A stretch of DNA of 63,500 nucleotides, the filler included. It is 7 parts of 7 records of this genome, joined end to end, with 100 filler letters (N's around TTAATTAATTAA, not from the genome) between each part and the next. Parts side by side here need not be neighbours in the genome. Positions count along the whole stretch, not along the records: positions 54,988 to 63,500 come from SRR31156797_12838; 6 more parts are not named here. One strand, 5' to 3'. Positions 61,241 to 63,500 of the stretch are shown here, piece by piece. The translations under genes and the position numbers were made by a program. How positions within the stretch are numbered: position 1 is the stretch's first letter; each line of letters starts with the position of its first letter. Below the pieces are notes generated by a model. The model worked only from the letters and a program-made list of their open reading frames with translations. It did not search any database and was not told where the DNA came from.

Positions 61241-62176
61241 TTACTTGACTTTAGACTTTAACACGTTTGTCATCTCACGCACTGCTTGAGCTGATTGATT
61301 AACTAGTGCCATCTCTTCATCGTTGAGATCTAGTTCAATAACTTGCTGAATACCTTTTCTTCCTAAAATTACAGGTACACCTAAATAAATATCATCCAAA
61401 CCATATTCGCCCTGTAAATATGCACTTACAGGAAATAATCGTCGAGAATTCTTCACAATTGCACTAACCATTTGAGCGGCGGCAGCTCCAGGTGCATACC
61501 AGGCCGATGTACCAATCAGTTTTACCAACTCTCCTCCACCAAACTTAGTTCGCTCAATAATGGCATCAAGTTTTTCTTTTGATAATAACTCGGTAACCGG
61601 AACTGACGAAATAGTTGTATAGCGGGGAAGCGGAACCATTGTATCTCCATGTCCTCCCATTAGAATAGCATGTACTGAAATAGGACTAACATTCAATTCC
61701 TGCGCAATAAATGCCTTATATCGGGCTGCATCTAAAATACCAGCCATTCCAAATATTTCATTTGGCGATTTCCCATTGGCAACCATTTTAGAAGCATAAG
61801 TCATTACATCCAATGGATTTGAAACAATTATAATTTTAGCATCAGGGGAATATTTTATTATCTCTTTTGTAGCATGCTGAACAATTCCAGCGTTAATTTC
61901 AATTAAATCATCTCTTGACATTCCTGGTTTTCGTGGTAAACCTGCAGTTATTACAACAACATCAGAACCTTTCGTAGCATCATAATCCTCTGTTACACCC
62001 CTCACATATGTTTCAAACTGACGAATTGATGATGTTTGCCACAAATCAAGGGCCTTTCCCTCTGTAACCCCTTCTTTTACATCAAGTAAAACTAATTCAT
62101 CAGCTAAATTTAGATTAATTATATCATTTGCAGCAGTTGCTCCCACATTTCCGGCTCCAATAATTGAAATTTTCAT
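61241..62176 (-). CDS. mdh: Malate dehydrogenase (LDH-like), copy 1
   Basis: IIGAGNVG, GLPRKPGMSRDDL, VSNPLD, GGHGD, TSAWYAPG. Confidence 0.92.
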   Translation of the reverse strand: MKISIIGAGNVGATAANDIINLNLADELVLLDVKEGVTEGKALDLWQTSSIRQFETYVRGVTEDYDATKGSDVVVITAGLPRKPGMSRDDLIEINAGIVQHATKEIIKYSPDAKIIIVSNPLDVMTYASKMVANGKSPNEIFGMAGILDAARYKAFIAQELNVSPISVHAILMGGHGDTMVPLPRYTTISSVPVTELLSKEKLDAIIERTKFGGGELVKLIGTSAWYAPGAAAAQMVSAIVKNSRRLFPVSAYLQGEYGLDDIYLGVPVILGRKGIQQVIELDLNDEEMALVNQSAQAVREMTNVLKSKVK

Positions 62177-62308
62177 CAGTTTAAAGTTTAAGTTCTTACT
62201 TTATTATTTCCACATATACTAAACGTCAAAATTCATACAGAGTTCTGGTATTTGAATGTATTGTATAACATAAAAGTCAACAAAATACGTGAAGCATGCT
62301 ATAAAAAC

Positions 62309-63265
62309 TTAAAACTGATTTTTCTTTTTTAATTTTCTAACGTAAAATTTATAACCGTTATACTTTGTTTCAATTAAAAGGTTTTTTTCAATTAAGGATT
62401 CAATCACAGACCACGGTGTATTGGAATTGTCCAAAAAATGCTTTATGCTATCTTCTCTCATAGGGTGCACTGCTGTTATACTCAAAATATCTTTTTCAAC
62501 ATTTCCAGTATGAGCAAAATCGTGTCCTTCATGACCGATTAGATATTCTACATTATCTAAATATGTAGTGAAAATCTGAAATGCATCATTAATTTGATGT
62601 TCATTTGCTGGTTTAATATCTTTTCTGGCCGGAGTTCTAGTAGGTATTGCTATATATGCAATAGCTGGTTTTACTTTTTTCAGAAATATAGCAATTCTGT
62701 TAAGCTCATTTATATCTGTATTAATACCATCAACCAGCATAGTTTCAGTAACAAGTTTTCCATTATAACTTGCAGCAAAATCAACCAAGCCTTTTTGTAT
62801 ATCTTTTAAATTCAGATTTCTATAAGGATGGTCGATAGGGTGCCATATATTCTCAGAAAAAGCATCAACTTTAATAGAAACCCAATCAAAATTATATAAT
62901 GCTTCTCGAACTTCAGACATATTTAATAAAGAACCATTAGTAATAATTGCCTTTTTATATGGTAAATCAGATATACCATTTAAAATATGCTTAAGGTTAA
63001 TATCAAGAGTTGGCTCTCCATCAGGAACAAAAGCTATATAGTCAATATGCTCATTCCGTGACTCAACCAACTTTACATGCTCTTTTATGGCTGCAACTAT
63101 CTTTTTCCAATCATAATGGTTACCTGGGAATCTTTCCATTCTTATAGCTTTCCCCAGTTGACAATAAACACAAGCATAGGAACATATTTTGGGAGGAATA
63201 TGATTAACTCCTAAGCTTTTTCCAAGCCTCCTTGAAGGAACCGGACCGTAAACTAAATGATTCAT
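62309..63265 (-). CDS. Radical SAM protein (COG0731/TYW1-like group); likely start ATG 63265
   Basis: YGPVPSRRLGKSLGVN, CSYACVYC, DGEPTL, ITNGSLL. Confidence 0.88.
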   Translation of the reverse strand: MNHLVYGPVPSRRLGKSLGVNHIPPKICSYACVYCQLGKAIRMERFPGNHYDWKKIVAAIKEHVKLVESRNEHIDYIAFVPDGEPTLDINLKHILNGISDLPYKKAIITNGSLLNMSEVREALYNFDWVSIKVDAFSENIWHPIDHPYRNLNLKDIQKGLVDFAASYNGKLVTETMLVDGINTDINELNRIAIFLKKVKPAIAYIAIPTRTPARKDIKPANEHQINDAFQIFTTYLDNVEYLIGHEGHDFAHTGNVEKDILSITAVHPMREDSIKHFLDNSNTPWSVIESLIEKNLLIETKYNGYKFYVRKLKKKNQF

Positions 63266-63395
63266 ATATTTTTTTTGTAAAAATATCGAACATATGTTCA
63301 ATTATCAAATTTAAAAAGAATCACTGGATTTTCATAGTTCCACATCAATCTAATTGTCAGAAACTTACATAAAAAGTATTTTTTTTTGAAAAATA

Positions 63396-63421
63396 TGTCA
63401 CAAAAGAAAAATTAGGTCGTC
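63396..63421 (+). promoter_or_regulatory. Putative ECF-type promoter TGTCAC-N16-CGTC upstream of an ORF starting at 63472 (MKTLKTLTT..., runs off the window)
   Basis: Motif geometry followed by an A-rich leader and ATG. Confidence 0.4.
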
Positions 63422-63500
63422 ATAAGTACAGAAACCCAAAAAATTAAAATTAACCCATTAAACTTAAAACTATGAAAACTTTAAAAACATTAACCACAGC

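Noticed and set aside
1-63500. CRISPR arrays, cas genes, integrases, transposases, retrons/reverse transcriptases, toxin-antitoxin or phage genes
   Set aside because: No supporting motifs or spaced repeats were seen in any contig.

Overview
The window is not one locus. It is seven unrelated contigs joined by artificial 100-nt spacers (Ns around TTAATTAATTAA): 1-6463, 6564-13698, 13799-26850, 26951-36476, 36577-45827, 45928-54887 and 54988-63500. Gene content and composition suggest five Bacteroidota contigs, one Desulfobacterota-like contig (6564-13698) and one very AT-rich Arcobacter/Campylobacterota-like contig (45928-54887). Coding content is mostly ordinary: GH53, TonB/SusC receptors, a hybrid two-component system (HTCS), ECF sigma/anti-sigma pairs, ispE, glnS, tig-clpP-clpX, hrpB, two tandem mdh genes, a peptide ABC transporter and two tRNAs. 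I found no CRISPR array, integrase, transposase or recognisable defence system. The most interesting signals are non-coding. (i) Two ORF-less minus-strand units on different Bacteroidota contigs (about 800-890 and 39758-39892) each have a Bacteroidota -7 promoter box, a transcription-factor site and a terminator, and share the motif AGAUUUUUAGG-N2/4-UUAAUUG, so they are a candidate sRNA family. (ii) The same direct-repeat operator lies at the same position in both susC promoters flanking the HTCS. (iii) A palindromic REP-like element is read in-frame inside a T9SS cargo gene. (iv) There are several other structured intergenic elements. All functional calls come from motif recognition only; no searches were run.
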